A stretch of 64,000 nucleotides of DNA from Candidatus Latescibacterota bacterium. Its GTDB lineage: Bacteria; Latescibacterota; UBA2968; GCA-2709665. The stretch covers positions 1,920,001 to 1,984,000 of the forward strand of contig CBDDDZ010000005.1 in the NCBI GenBank assembly GCA_965226795.1, read 5' to 3'. Position numbers and translations under genes: made by a program. Under the pieces are notes generated by a model. That model made no database searches, was not told where the DNA came from, and worked only from the letters and a program-made list of their open reading frames with translations. Below are positions 10,201 through 20,149 of the stretch, piece by piece. Within the stretch, counting starts at the first letter, position 1; each line of letters starts with the position of its first letter.

Positions 10201-12091
10201 GAAGAAGCATACTGGAAAGTCGGTACTCGCAGGGAGCGTCCGTTCCCGTGCGCTTCCGCAAGAGGTCCAGGCGCACCAGATCGTCCAGGATGCCAACCAG
10301 GTCTGACTCATGCTCCCGCAAGACTCCGGCAATCAGATCAAACGTAAATCCGCTCGTACAGACGGCGGCGTAATCCAAAACCCGATGCGGTATCGGGTGA
10401 ATTGCCTCCAGGCGTCTGCCAATGATCTCCGCCACAGGATCGGGCATCAGTTGCGCAGGAATCGAATCCCACAGCCACTCACCGTCGCCCCCGTTCCGAA
10501 CAACGCCTTCGGCAACCAGAGTACGGACGGATTCGACGATAAAGAGAGGACAACCGCCCGTCTCTTCAAAGAGTCTTCGTACGACTTCCTCGGGGACCCG
10601 CCGTTCGCCAAGGATGGAAGCCACCAGGCGCGCTGTCTCAGTCCGTGTGAGACAACCGAGGTGGATTTTGTGAACCCTGCCGGTCCCTCCGTCCCTGAAA
10701 AGGCTTTTCATGTGTCCGGGCATGGGCGTGTCTACATCGGCTGCACAGGTCACAACGATCATCAGCGGACGATCTTCGACATCGCTCCGGCATCGTTGCA
10801 AAAACCGGACGGTGAGTTCATCTGACCATAGAAGATCCTCGATACACAGCAGGACCGGCTGTATGCCCGCCAGCTTTCGTAAAAAATTCCAGATCCCTTC
10901 CAATGCGTCGCATGAGTCACTATCTTCGGCGCAAAAGACAGGCTCCTGCCGATCGACATCCCGGAGCGCATCCATCAGCGGCGGGGAGACCTCGCGACGT
11001 CCCCTACGGCTTGCGCCTGACAGCACCCGCATACCATATAGTGCCGCATCGCACTGTAATTCTTCCACCAGACGCGACTTGCCCATGCCTTCCTGCCCGG
11101 AAACCAGCACAATCTGCAACCTGCCCTCATATGCCTCCGAGATGATTTTCCGCAACGCCTTCATTTCCGTTTGCCTGCCCGCAAGGGGAGGCTCCAGGAG
11201 ACGTGGTCCTGTTGACACTTGCCGATCGTTCGGTCGCGCACCCTCCGTGACGATTGCGTCAAGTCCCGCGAGAAGTTCGCCCGCAGACTGGAATCGGTTT
11301 TCGGGTTCTTTGGCGAGTAGTTTCATCACCGTTGCCAGTACTGGCTTCCCATGTTTCGGTTCAAGGGCATGCAGTGGCCGCGGCTGTTCCCTCAGATGCC
11401 TCAGGATGACGGCAACCGGACTGTCGCCGGTAAACGGCGGCGCGCCGGCCAGAATTTCGTATAGAACAACGCCCAGGGAATAGAGGTCGGACCGCTCGTC
11501 CACCCATACGCCACGTCCCTGTTCCGGAGACATGTATTCCGCTGTACCCGTCGCTGGAACGTCAAAGGTGGGCGCCGCCGCCCTGGCGCTACTGGAATGC
11601 GCCAGACCCAGATCCAGTATTGCTGCTTCGATCCGCCTGTCCTGCTCCACGATCATGATGTTCGAGGGTTTCAGGTCGAGGTGCAGCACGCCCTGACCGT
11701 GAATGGAGCTCAGTCCATCGGCCAATTGCCGGACGAGCCGCAAGAATTCCGGCCCTAGTAGCGCCTCCCTCTTTCCAATGTCACTCATCATATTCGCCAG
11801 GGTCCGGCCCCCCATACAGTCCATGGAAAAATAAGGCAGACCTTCATGCACACCCCAAGTACGGGTTCTCACAACACGTGGATGCCGAATGCGCGAGAGC
11901 ATGTGAAATTCCCGCATAAACCGCCGCCGAATTTCCCTCGTGTCTACATCCCTTTTCAGCACCTTAAGCGCAACCTCGCCCCCCCGATCCAGATCCCGCG
12001 CCCTGTAGACCACGCCCACGCCCCCGCTGCCAAGGACTTCGAGTGTCTCGTACCGCCCGTCGATTACACTTCCAGGTGTCATCTCTGCCAT
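7262..12091 (-). CDS. Hybrid Ser/Thr kinase - P-loop ATPase - TPR - GAF - sigma54 activator - HTH
   Basis: LGSGGVGVV, VALK, HLDLKPSN, GTAEYMSPEQ; GQEGMGKSRL Walker A; helical repeats; GAF-like RSVVCVPL..GALYLD; GETGTGKE, GSFTGA, WPGNVRQL; C-terminal HTH. Confidence 0.9.
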   Translation of the reverse strand: MAEMTPGSVIDGRYETLEVLGSGGVGVVYRARDLDRGGEVALKVLKRDVDTREIRRRFMREFHMLSRIRHPRVVRTRTWGVHEGLPYFSMDCMGGRTLANMMSDIGKREALLGPEFLRLVRQLADGLSSIHGQGVLHLDLKPSNIMIVEQDRRIEAAILDLGLAHSSSARAAAPTFDVPATGTAEYMSPEQGRGVWVDERSDLYSLGVVLYEILAGAPPFTGDSPVAVILRHLREQPRPLHALEPKHGKPVLATVMKLLAKEPENRFQSAGELLAGLDAIVTEGARPNDRQVSTGPRLLEPPLAGRQTEMKALRKIISEAYEGRLQIVLVSGQEGMGKSRLVEELQCDAALYGMRVLSGASRRGRREVSPPLMDALRDVDRQEPVFCAEDSDSCDALEGIWNFLRKLAGIQPVLLCIEDLLWSDELTVRFLQRCRSDVEDRPLMIVVTCAADVDTPMPGHMKSLFRDGGTGRVHKIHLGCLTRTETARLVASILGERRVPEEVVRRLFEETGGCPLFIVESVRTLVAEGVVRNGGDGEWLWDSIPAQLMPDPVAEIIGRRLEAIHPIPHRVLDYAAVCTSGFTFDLIAGVLREHESDLVGILDDLVRLDLLRKRTGTDAPCEYRLSSMLLRRTIYNSLDAERRILLHREVAGALEVLNSESRPQAVEDLAFHYLKSGEVEKADQYLIQAGKHALNVRAVDRALSIFKNVSEPGLQGDDLAGVPIGKIKSRVRFLCDFSNALSSRGFIEEANEKMQDALSLVSEETPVEKALVLCQLGIVNARSRSFDQAERSFLDAIAIYQRLGLSGKERETRRWLASLYEHMERREEARVQIKLISDHYAGAGDALGRSRASYFDAYIAHLDGRLEDAHTLFESALEWSKKAGEPAGNIDNMDLIGVTAFRTGNFERAEEIFQAQKLSNRDWRRTATEGVSHFYLGSIALENRDAKAAVAHGKKAVEILSHVKDAEQLYWAFGLMAEAHAALGNAAEAVRWADRARSGTEMAGETPTVAWRGIGVASAAAKRREEAEDAFNRAVASNQVSQRFEWFRSLLAGGRFYLEHGNLDMARLRLEAAERKAKALQTPFYARKASNLLSRLARLEERSESVGAAESRPTNNRVAAISELAEDLGRGLDPTSLMDTTLDACLKVVGADRAMVVLKDATSGALRTGMARSREGGSAASQHINRGVVQRAIGNNEPFFGADAAADKPIKKRQSVFDLDVRSVVCVPLYHQETGSVGALYLDRRGIGNAVSEADRRFLIALAGLLSVGVVQDRMRSLLKERSLYREHLESGTKGLGGLVGASRAMQAVYRLIERAANTNLTVLIQGETGTGKELAARAVHDNSVVKDRMFLSQNCGALSGELLHSELFGHKKGSFTGAMSDRAGLFGTAHGGTVFLDEVADASHEVQASLLRVLQSGEVRRLGESVPRKVNVRVIAATNADLEEAVSAGAFRKDLYYRLLVLPIKMPALRDRMDDIPLLAEHLMRNAAREAGKAVAGFTEGAVKALMNYGWPGNVRQLDNEIRRAVALVENGGVLDVELLSERLRHEADGDDGTAGTLRVFLQSVEKRYLSQILDKNNGNITRTASELGVTRSGLYKKLERHGLRDAC

Positions 12092-12174
12092 TGCACACGT
12101 GCCCTTGCAGACAGATTCAGGTTAGCCGTGAATTTAAGATTCGGATGCGTCGCCGTAGACCGATCCCCCAACGC

Positions 12175-14316
12175 TCACCCTCTTTCTCCCCGTTCCATCA
12201 GCAGTTCCAGCGGATGCACCACCTTCAGACCCGTACCCTCGCGCAGATGGATCGCGCACACGCTGCTCTCGGTGACGATGGTGTCCACCTGCGCCTCCTG
12301 AAATGCCTGAAACAGCGGTTCTCCCACGGCCTGTGCAAGTTCGTATCCGAGCAGCCCCTTTTTCAGACCGAACGTACCCGCCATCCCGCAACACGTACCG
12401 GTCTCAATCAACTCGACCTCCGCGCCTCGCCGCCTGATATAGTCCCTAGCCTCCCGACCCGAACCCAGTGGCCGCTGATGACACGAGACGTGGAATCCGA
12501 ACCGCCGGCCATCGAACACAGACGTCTGTTCGGCGTCGCCGGCGAGCGTTTCGAACATTTCCAGGTACGCAAACAGTTCGTGCGTCCGTTCTCCCAGCGC
12601 GCTGGCGTCCGCGCGTCCGTGGAGCAACTTGGGGTACGAAACCTTCAGACAATAGGCCGCCGTCGGCTCGGTGGTTACAACATCGTACCCGGCCTCGACG
12701 TAGGGCGTCATCAGACGCACGTTCTCATCGGCCACCTTCTCGGCTCGCTTCAGGTCGCCATATCCGATATAGGGATAACCGCTGCTGCGCTGCCGGGGCA
12801 GAACGACCTCGCATCCGAGGGCTTCCAGCGCCTCGACAGCCGCCCGGCCGAGTTCCGGCGCATTATAGGCCGCATAGATATCCGCGAAGAATACCACGTG
12901 TCGCACGGGATCCTTCACCCGAGGCGTTGCGCCCCGCTTCCTGAACCATTTCGCCAACGTACGGCGCCTGAAAGGCGGTAACGTTCGCCTCCGGTCGATG
13001 CCGGAAAACACCTCCATCGCCCACCTGAACAGCCCGTTCTTCAGCATCCAGTTGGAGACAGGCGCGGTGGCGCAGCCGAACTTCGCAAATCCCTCCGCGG
13101 CCATCAGCATCCGGTTCACCCGCGGATGCCCGTTTTCCTCCCCGTCTCGATCCTTCACGCCGGCGATCATCATGGGGATATCGATCTCCGCGGGACAGAT
13201 CTCCTTACAGAGCCCGCAGGAAATACAAAGCGGCGCGAATTCGGCGGCCTTCTCCAGTCCGTGAACCTCCGATGTCCACGGAATCCCGATCGGGCCCGGA
13301 TATATATAGCCAAATGTATGCCCGCCCACCACGCCGTAGGTGGGGCAAATATTCATGCACGCGCCGCAACGGATGCAATTCAACGCATCCTTGAACAGGG
13401 GATCTTCACGCATCCGGCTGCGCCCGTTGTCCAGTATGATGATATGCGACTCCCGCGGGCTGCGTCCCGCCCCGGCGCCAAGGGGCGACCTCCCCCCCAT
13501 AATCGTCACATACGTCGTCAAATGCTGCCCGACCGCGCTGATGGGATGCGCAAGCATCATCTGCAATGCATCCTCCACCGTGTCCACGATTTTCTCCCGC
13601 CCCATGATGCAGATATGCACGTCGGGAATACTGGACACGAGGCGAGCATTGCCTTCATTGGTCTCGATGACGATGGCGCCTGTTTCGGCGATCCCCACGT
13701 TGGCGCCGGTCATCCCGATATCCGCATTCAGAAAAATCGGCCGCAGATATTTGCGAACGACCCTCATGATGGCGTCCACGTCATGAGGCACGTCCTGCTG
13801 CGTCACGGCCTGGAATATCTCCGCCACCTCAACCGCCGTCTTGTGGACAGCCGGGAAGACCAGGTGAAAGGGTTTTTCCTTCACCTTCTGAATGATCAGT
13901 TCGCCCAGATCCGTCTCAATCACCTCCACGCCCGCTTCCTCGAGAGGATGATTCACCTCGATTTCCTCGCTCGTCAGGGACTTGGACTTGGCGACGGACC
14001 TGGCGCCGCGTTCCTTCACGATGTCCAGAATGTATGAGATCGCTTCGGGGCCGTCGTTCGCCATGAATACCCGGGCGCCGCGCTCCTCCACCCTGGACGC
14101 GAACCTGTCCACCAGTTCTTCCTGCTGCTCCAGACAACGGACCTTGATCGAACGAACCGTGCCGCGGAACCCCTCGCCTCCCGGCAATGCGCCTACCGCC
14201 TTGTGCCGGCTGTCCCGGCCGCGTTTCATCGCGCGGTAAAGGGCCGTCCCTCTGGATCGCTCTTTCAGTGCCCGACCGATCTTTTCCTCCAGTCGTTGAT
14301 ACCGACCCTTCAGCAT
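12175..14316 (-). CDS. LutB/LldF-type LUD + 4Fe-4S protein fused to CCG domains
   Basis: KSKSLTSEEI, ETDLGE, NEGNA, CIRCGACMNICP, CISCGLCKEICP and TCCGMAGTFG. Start chosen by RBS; the ORF extends to 14355. Confidence 0.85.
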   Translation of the reverse strand: MLKGRYQRLEEKIGRALKERSRGTALYRAMKRGRDSRHKAVGALPGGEGFRGTVRSIKVRCLEQQEELVDRFASRVEERGARVFMANDGPEAISYILDIVKERGARSVAKSKSLTSEEIEVNHPLEEAGVEVIETDLGELIIQKVKEKPFHLVFPAVHKTAVEVAEIFQAVTQQDVPHDVDAIMRVVRKYLRPIFLNADIGMTGANVGIAETGAIVIETNEGNARLVSSIPDVHICIMGREKIVDTVEDALQMMLAHPISAVGQHLTTYVTIMGGRSPLGAGAGRSPRESHIIILDNGRSRMREDPLFKDALNCIRCGACMNICPTYGVVGGHTFGYIYPGPIGIPWTSEVHGLEKAAEFAPLCISCGLCKEICPAEIDIPMMIAGVKDRDGEENGHPRVNRMLMAAEGFAKFGCATAPVSNWMLKNGLFRWAMEVFSGIDRRRTLPPFRRRTLAKWFRKRGATPRVKDPVRHVVFFADIYAAYNAPELGRAAVEALEALGCEVVLPRQRSSGYPYIGYGDLKRAEKVADENVRLMTPYVEAGYDVVTTEPTAAYCLKVSYPKLLHGRADASALGERTHELFAYLEMFETLAGDAEQTSVFDGRRFGFHVSCHQRPLGSGREARDYIRRRGAEVELIETGTCCGMAGTFGLKKGLLGYELAQAVGEPLFQAFQEAQVDTIVTESSVCAIHLREGTGLKVVHPLELLMERGERG

Positions 14317-14382
14317 CGTCCCTTTCCTTTCGTGCCCGGTTTTAAACACACTCATATTGAATCCATATCGCCAAGTCGTATA

Positions 14383-14949
14383 CTACGGGTCCAGAATAAC
14401 CGCATGAGCCATCTCAGGGCCATGGACACCCAGTGTAAGCCGCATCTCGATATCCGCCGTGCGGCTAGGGCCCGATATGAACGTCACGGTGGCATTCTCA
14501 CGCTGCTTTGTCATAAACTCACGGATCAGGGGTCCGGCATCCATCAGCGTCTCTTTAATCTCCGAGGCCTGAACGACTCCCAGATGTATCCTTGGCAACG
14601 TAGAAACGAGGCGTGTGGCGTCGTTTGTCGCGAATTCCACGAGCGCGCCGGCGTCCGCCACCGCAAACTCCGCCCAGGACACACCGACGTGTGCAGCGTC
14701 GATAGCGCCCGGCAGCGTCCGGGTGTCGTAGGGCGGCTTCAATAGTTCAAACCCCGCATCGGCACACCGCCGCTCCAGTGCCTGCATCAGCGCTTCCGGA
14801 AGCTCGGCCGCGGCCAGGCGGGTCCCCCGGGCCTCGCGAACGACGGAAAGCACCGCCTCCGCTGCGGACTCCATGCTGTCGGCGATGTGTATGCGTCCGG
14901 AAAGCGTTTCATACTTCGAAACAAACCGTTCGATTACTTCGACCGCCAT
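14383..14949 (-). CDS. LutC/YkgG family LUD-domain protein
   Basis: FISGPSRTADIE..LTLGVHGP motif; directly upstream of the LutB-like gene. Confidence 0.88.
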   Translation of the reverse strand: MAVEVIERFVSKYETLSGRIHIADSMESAAEAVLSVVREARGTRLAAAELPEALMQALERRCADAGFELLKPPYDTRTLPGAIDAAHVGVSWAEFAVADAGALVEFATNDATRLVSTLPRIHLGVVQASEIKETLMDAGPLIREFMTKQRENATVTFISGPSRTADIEMRLTLGVHGPEMAHAVILDP

Positions 14950-15255
14950 CGTCCCGTCCCCTATCAATGACATCCCGATACAACGCGTTTCGGGCGCCAT
15001 CAAGGTAAGTGCAAAACGGCCGTGGGTCAACCGTCTCCCGGACGGACTATGCATCCGAACCTGTTCGTTTTCGTTTGGCGCGGTCCCATCGGAAACGTAT
15101 ATTCTTCGGTCCCCTTCGAGACCTCGTTCTGCGCCTCATCCGATCGGCTTCTTTCGGATCAGTACCGGGTGACGCGGTCACACATTCCCGGCGGTTACCG
15201 ATATTTCCGCGCTTCTGTCTTTTTGACTCGTGCGTCAACCCAGGGAGCACTCCCA

Positions 15256-16251
15256 ATGGTGGAGCCTATTCGCATTCTGCATATCGGCCTGGGGCCGCTT
15301 GGCCAGATGCTCGGACCGTATCTGACGGAGAAGGAACACCTGCAGCTTGTCGGCGCTGTGGACATCGATCCTGAAAAGGCCGGCCGGGACCTGGCGACCA
15401 TGTACAGCCTGTGTCGGCCGTTGGACATCGCCGTCGTGGGGAAATTGGACGCCGTGTTGATGGACGCCGCCGATGTGGCCGTTCTCACAACGGTGTCCGA
15501 ACTTCGTGCACTATTTCCCACGCTCGAACAGTTGATCGAAGGCGGCCTCGACGTCGTTTCCACCTGCGAGGAACTGGCGTATCCCTGGATTACAGAGCCG
15601 GAACTTGCCCGGCGCATCGACGCTCTCGCGAAGGCGAACCGGGTCTCAGTCCTGGGCACGGGCGTGAACCCGGGGTTCCTGATGGATTTTCTGCCCACGG
15701 CGGCGACCGCCGTTTGCCGGAATGTGGATTCTATCCTGATCGAACGAATCCAGGACGCCTCCCTTCGGCGCCTGCCCTTCCGTCAAAAAATAGGCGCTGG
15801 TCTTTCCGTCGAAACCTTCAAGAAGCGTGTCAGGAGCCGTCAAATCCGCCACGTCGGATTGACCCAGTCCATGCACATGGTCGCATCCAGACTCGGCTGG
15901 CGTCTGCACAAAACCGAGGATATCGTGGAACCGGTCGTCGCGCGATCGGAGGTGCGTGGGACGGACTGGTCGGTGCCGGCAGGCAGGGCCACGGGCGTGA
16001 ACCAGACCGGCCGGGGTTATGCGGGTAACCGGGAGGTCCTCACGCTCGTGTTTCGCGCGTCCGTGGGCGAGACGCGGCCCAGAGACCGCATCCACGTCTG
16101 CGGCACCCCGGAGATCGATCTCACGATTGCCGGCGGCATAAACGGAGACGTCGCCACGTGTTCCATCGTTACCAATGCGATTCAGGCTATCCATCAGGCC
16201 CCGCCCGGCCTGCGCACGATGGTCGACATCGCCCCCATTTCGGCGTTTTAG
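15256..16251 (+). CDS. NAD(P)-dependent dehydrogenase, DapB-like / 2,4-diaminopentanoate dehydrogenase family
   Basis: GLGPLG Rossmann motif, VSTCEEL.YP, GTGVNPGFLMD and GD.AT; RBS GGGAG before ATG 15256. Confidence 0.8.
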   Translation: MVEPIRILHIGLGPLGQMLGPYLTEKEHLQLVGAVDIDPEKAGRDLATMYSLCRPLDIAVVGKLDAVLMDAADVAVLTTVSELRALFPTLEQLIEGGLDVVSTCEELAYPWITEPELARRIDALAKANRVSVLGTGVNPGFLMDFLPTAATAVCRNVDSILIERIQDASLRRLPFRQKIGAGLSVETFKKRVRSRQIRHVGLTQSMHMVASRLGWRLHKTEDIVEPVVARSEVRGTDWSVPAGRATGVNQTGRGYAGNREVLTLVFRASVGETRPRDRIHVCGTPEIDLTIAGGINGDVATCSIVTNAIQAIHQAPPGLRTMVDIAPISAF

Positions 16252-16361
16252 CCTTCCCCGGCACTCTTGCTGCCACAATTGCCGGAAACTCCGCCTGCAA
16301 CCTCATGTCCGTCCTGAACCCTTTCAGGATCCCCGACCGTACGCAGGAAACCACAAAGCTG

Positions 16362-16390
16362 TTGCAAAATATACACATCTGTGTTATTCT
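16362..16390 (+). promoter_or_regulatory. Putative sigma70 promoter for the BamA-like/NtrYX-like operon
   Basis: TTGCAA-N17-TATTCT in an AT-rich intergenic region; the spacer contains the palindrome ACAC-N4-GTGT. Confidence 0.45.
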
Positions 16391-16552
16391 TTCACAGCAT
16401 CCGGCCATACGACGGTCTTTTTTTCTCGACACAAATGGTTGTTTTTGAATCCCATTCGTGTCTGACGTAAAGCGGTCATGCTGGTACGGTTTTTGCCCAC
16501 TCTGATTAACCTCTCTGAATGTGGTCGACGGATTCCAGCGGAGGCTAGCTCG

Positions 16553-17842
16553 ATGTGGCGCACGATTGTTCTTCTCTCCCTCCTCTTCCCCTGTATGGAC
16601 TCCTCCCTGTACGCCCAGGATGCCACCGGGTACGTGGTCGAACGAATCGAGGTTCGAGGCAATCATAAGACAAAGGCCGACATTATCCTTCGATCCCTTC
16701 CGATCCACAAGGGTGACCGGCTCACACCCGGCAGATTGGATGCCAGCCGGGAATCTTTGTACCGCACCCGCCTCTTCCGAACGGTGCACGTCGCGCCGAA
16801 GCCAGGCACGGAACAGGGCAAGGCCGTGCTGGTGGTTTACGTCGACGAGAAACGGTTCGGCGACGCCGGCGTCAGTTTCGAATATACCGAACTCGATGGA
16901 TTTGGACTTGCCGCTGACGCCTACCACGTCAACCTGGGCGGAGAAGGCAAGACCGTTGGCGCCGAGTACTCGCATGGCGAGCGTCTGACGCGCTTCGGAT
17001 TCAGCTACACCGACCCCTGGCTCACCAGCGACTGTGTCTCCCTTCACGTGAAAGCCCGTTTCTCACGGGCTGACCGGGACATGTATCGTAGTGCCGACCC
17101 GTTAAAGCGCGGCCTGTACGACCTGAACAGAATCGGCGGCGCGGTTGGCGTTGGAAAGCCCATCGGCCAGAAATACCGGCTGGTCGTCCGTTACGCCTTC
17201 GATGAGATTCGCGTCAACGACTTCGACGAGCCGGAGGTCTTCATTTCCGGCCCCGAATTCACCCGGGAAGTCAGCTCGTCCGTGGGCCGCACGCCGATAT
17301 CCACCTTCGGCATCGAACTCGTCCGGCAGCCCTCATCGAGATTCTGGGGCAGTGCACCGGGATTCGATCTCAACTTCCGAATGGAATACGCCCCGGGAGT
17401 CCTGGGCACCAACCCGAGCTACCTCCGGTCCAGAGTGGAAGCCTACCGCCATTTTTCGACCGTGACCGGACAGAACCTGAGCGTTGGCGGACGGGCGGGA
17501 TTGATTTTCGGATCGCCGCCGTTTTTCGAGCGGTTTTACCTGGACGGGCAGAATCAACTCAGGGGGTTCGAACGACGTGCGATCGGCCCCGAGGGCGGCA
17601 CGGAGTTTCTTTCGATAGAAGGTGTCTATTCAATTGCAACCCGACCGATCGGCAGGATCTATTGCTTTGCCGAGTGGGCCGCGATTCGCAGGCCGGTCGG
17701 GGAAAGACATCACAGGGATTCAAACGGCACCTATGGTATCGGCGCGTTACTGTTCAACCGGATCGATATCAGCTACGGCCTGAACAGGGGCACTCTAATT
17801 GTAAAATTCCACCGGTTCGGCGGTATCAATATGGGCTTGTGA
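16553..17842 (+). CDS. BamA/TamA (Omp85) family outer-membrane protein with one POTRA domain
   Basis: Signal peptide, VERIEVRGNHKTK POTRA, FYLDG..QLRGF barrel motif; GGAGG RBS. Confidence 0.8.
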   Translation: MWRTIVLLSLLFPCMDSSLYAQDATGYVVERIEVRGNHKTKADIILRSLPIHKGDRLTPGRLDASRESLYRTRLFRTVHVAPKPGTEQGKAVLVVYVDEKRFGDAGVSFEYTELDGFGLAADAYHVNLGGEGKTVGAEYSHGERLTRFGFSYTDPWLTSDCVSLHVKARFSRADRDMYRSADPLKRGLYDLNRIGGAVGVGKPIGQKYRLVVRYAFDEIRVNDFDEPEVFISGPEFTREVSSSVGRTPISTFGIELVRQPSSRFWGSAPGFDLNFRMEYAPGVLGTNPSYLRSRVEAYRHFSTVTGQNLSVGGRAGLIFGSPPFFERFYLDGQNQLRGFERRAIGPEGGTEFLSIEGVYSIATRPIGRIYCFAEWAAIRRPVGERHHRDSNGTYGIGALLFNRIDISYGLNRGTLIVKFHRFGGINMGL

Positions 17843-17951
17843 GTCGGCCTGATCCGGATGCGAAGTCCCTTGCGTGGAAGGATCACCCGACAAAGACGGA
17901 CGCGGTTCTGGTTGATCCTGACGAACACAAAGAACGGATCGCCCATCAATA

Positions 17952-18656
17952 TTGTACGCAATCGGCGATTCAGCGACCCGCGCACCCGGTTACGTGCCCA
18001 GACGGCAAGACCCTTACCAATCTCCCAAAATGCACATTTATCGAGGCACAGCCGAGGCTTTCGGTCGAAGCGTTACCATTTGCGCATGCCTCTTTTTTTT
18101 TGTTGCAATCCCGGTGCGCTCAGACGCCCGGGGCGTCGTTATCACCGCCCGGACCCTCTACCTGCAGGCGGACACACTCAGACTGGATGTCAAACTGGAT
18201 TCTCTGTTTTCGCGGCGCGCCCTGGACGCCATCGCGTCGGGTCTGATCACCTCCGTGGTCATGGAATTCCGATTGGATTCGGAACGGCAGTCGAAAGCAA
18301 GAGAATTCGCCGTCGGCCTGCGCCTGGACCACGACATCTGGGAAGGACGGTATCAGGTTGTGCGTGAAGCCGGCCGCCGGGATACGCTCCAGACCACCAA
18401 TTTCGACAGTGTCAGTATATTCTGCTCGACGCTTCACGGGCTGGCGCTCGGGCCACCGCCCGAAGGGCGAAGCTTCCAGCTGCATCTTCGCGTTGGCGTC
18501 ACACCCATTTCCATCGAGCAGGAGCAGCGGACCCGCCGTTGGCTCAATGTCCTGCAAAAAGGAAGCCTGTTGGAGCTTTTCTTCTCACTGGACCGCCCCT
18601 CGGAACGGACACCGTGGATCGAAATAGGCCGCTTTTCGCCGGAGGATCTACAATGA
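17952..18656 (+). CDS. DUF4390-like exported protein
   Basis: Hydrophobic N-terminal segment, DAIASG.....F.L and HDIWEGRY; sits directly before an NtrY-like kinase with an ATGA overlap. Start uncertain. Confidence 0.6.
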   Translation: MYAIGDSATRAPGYVPRRQDPYQSPKMHIYRGTAEAFGRSVTICACLFFFVAIPVRSDARGVVITARTLYLQADTLRLDVKLDSLFSRRALDAIASGLITSVVMEFRLDSERQSKAREFAVGLRLDHDIWEGRYQVVREAGRRDTLQTTNFDSVSIFCSTLHGLALGPPPEGRSFQLHLRVGVTPISIEQEQRTRRWLNVLQKGSLLELFFSLDRPSERTPWIEIGRFSPEDLQ

Positions 18657-20149
18657 GATCCCTACCCCTGCGCTGGCGCATCATCATCGCCATCATCGCC
18701 CTGACGCTGGGCACCACACTGGCATTATCTCTGCTTGCACAGCACTTTCTTGAATCCAGCATGCAGTTGCAGGATAACATCAGCACAAGCACGGGCCGGG
18801 CACTGAACGACGCTGTTAAACTGGCGAGGGATCACTACGAAGGCCGCAAGGCCGCACTCACCGACATTGGAAAGCGTCTGTTCCAATCCCCGCTGGCAGG
18901 AGAAGCCGTTCGCACACGAGATCTTCAGCCTATCCGCGCCTTCCTGGACAAGCATGGTCTGGATGACGCCCGCGTCCGGTTCGCGGATGCGAAGGAAATC
19001 GCGTCGCTCAACCCGAAACAGCCCTTCGCCCGCCCCACCGTGCGCAGGGCCGGCGACCGCGATGCGTCGCTGGAACTGTTCGTGCCCGCTGGTCAGACCG
19101 GAACCACTGACGAAGCCTTTATCATTACAAGCCAAATGGTCGAACTGCATCATGTTGAGCAGGCGGTCCAGGCCCATCAGTACCTTCGCATGATCGGGAG
19201 CGACCTTCGGGGGGAGTTTTTCTTCTATTTCCTTGTTGCGATCATAGCCCTGCTCCTGCTCGCCTGCCTGGTGGGTGTTCGCATCGGCTTCGGCGTCACC
19301 CATCCGTTGGATGAACTCGTCAAAGGCACCCGCGAACTGGCCCAGGACAACCTGGACTACCGTATTCCTCCCGGACGGGACGACGAAATAGGCCTTCTGA
19401 TCGGTTCTTTCAATCGGATGGCCGAAGATCTGACGCAGAACCGCAAGCAGCGCGTCGAGGCCGAAAAAATCGCAGCATGGCGTGAAATCGCCAGGCGCCT
19501 GGCCCACGAAATCAAGAATCCGCTCACACCGATACAGCTTACGGTTCAGCAGATCCGTGACAAATATCCGGGCAACGATCCCACCTACCGGAAGCTGGTT
19601 CAGGACTGCACGGAAATCGTTACGGAAGAAGTGGAAAGCCTGAGGAAACTGGTGCAGGAATTCGCCGACTTTGCCCGCATGCCCTCACTGTCCCTGGGAC
19701 GTCACAGCCTGAACGGCGTGATTGCCGATATCGTGCGACTCTACCCCGAAGCCGGAATCGCACTCGATCTCACGCCGGAAATTCCCGATCTGGATCTCGA
19801 TAGCGAACAGATGCGCCGCGTGTTGATCAACCTGATCGAAAACGGCCTTGAAGCCGCCGGCGAGCTGGGCCGGATCGTCATTCAGACCGAAAGTCACCCG
19901 AATGCGGTCAGACTCCTGGTTGCAGACTCGGGACCCGGCGTGCCCGAACAGGATCGGGAGCACATCTTTCAGCCGCACGTGTCTTCCAAACAAAGCGGCA
20001 TGGGCATGGGGCTGGCCGAGGTCCGCAGCATCATCGAGAGCCACGGCGGCCAGATCGTCGCGGCGAACGGGCCCGGAGGGGGCGCTCAGTTCGAGGTCAT
20101 CCTGCCCGTTCCGAGGGAACAGAAAAGAGAGCCGGAGGAGAGAATATGA
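18653..20149 (+). CDS. NtrY-like HAMP sensor histidine kinase
   Basis: Two TM segments, HAMP (DEIGLL..SFNRM), AWREIARRLAHEIKNPLTPI H-box, and N/G boxes. Confidence 0.9.
   Translation: MRSLPLRWRIIIAIIALTLGTTLALSLLAQHFLESSMQLQDNISTSTGRALNDAVKLARDHYEGRKAALTDIGKRLFQSPLAGEAVRTRDLQPIRAFLDKHGLDDARVRFADAKEIASLNPKQPFARPTVRRAGDRDASLELFVPAGQTGTTDEAFIITSQMVELHHVEQAVQAHQYLRMIGSDLRGEFFFYFLVAIIALLLLACLVGVRIGFGVTHPLDELVKGTRELAQDNLDYRIPPGRDDEIGLLIGSFNRMAEDLTQNRKQRVEAEKIAAWREIARRLAHEIKNPLTPIQLTVQQIRDKYPGNDPTYRKLVQDCTEIVTEEVESLRKLVQEFADFARMPSLSLGRHSLNGVIADIVRLYPEAGIALDLTPEIPDLDLDSEQMRRVLINLIENGLEAAGELGRIVIQTESHPNAVRLLVADSGPGVPEQDREHIFQPHVSSKQSGMGMGLAEVRSIIESHGGQIVAANGPGGGAQFEVILPVPREQKREPEERI

Noticed and set aside
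16260..16275. Possible sigma54 promoter CGGCACTCTTGCTGC
   Set aside because: Weak -12 element, no supporting IHF or UAS sites, and a sigma70-like promoter lies closer to the gene.
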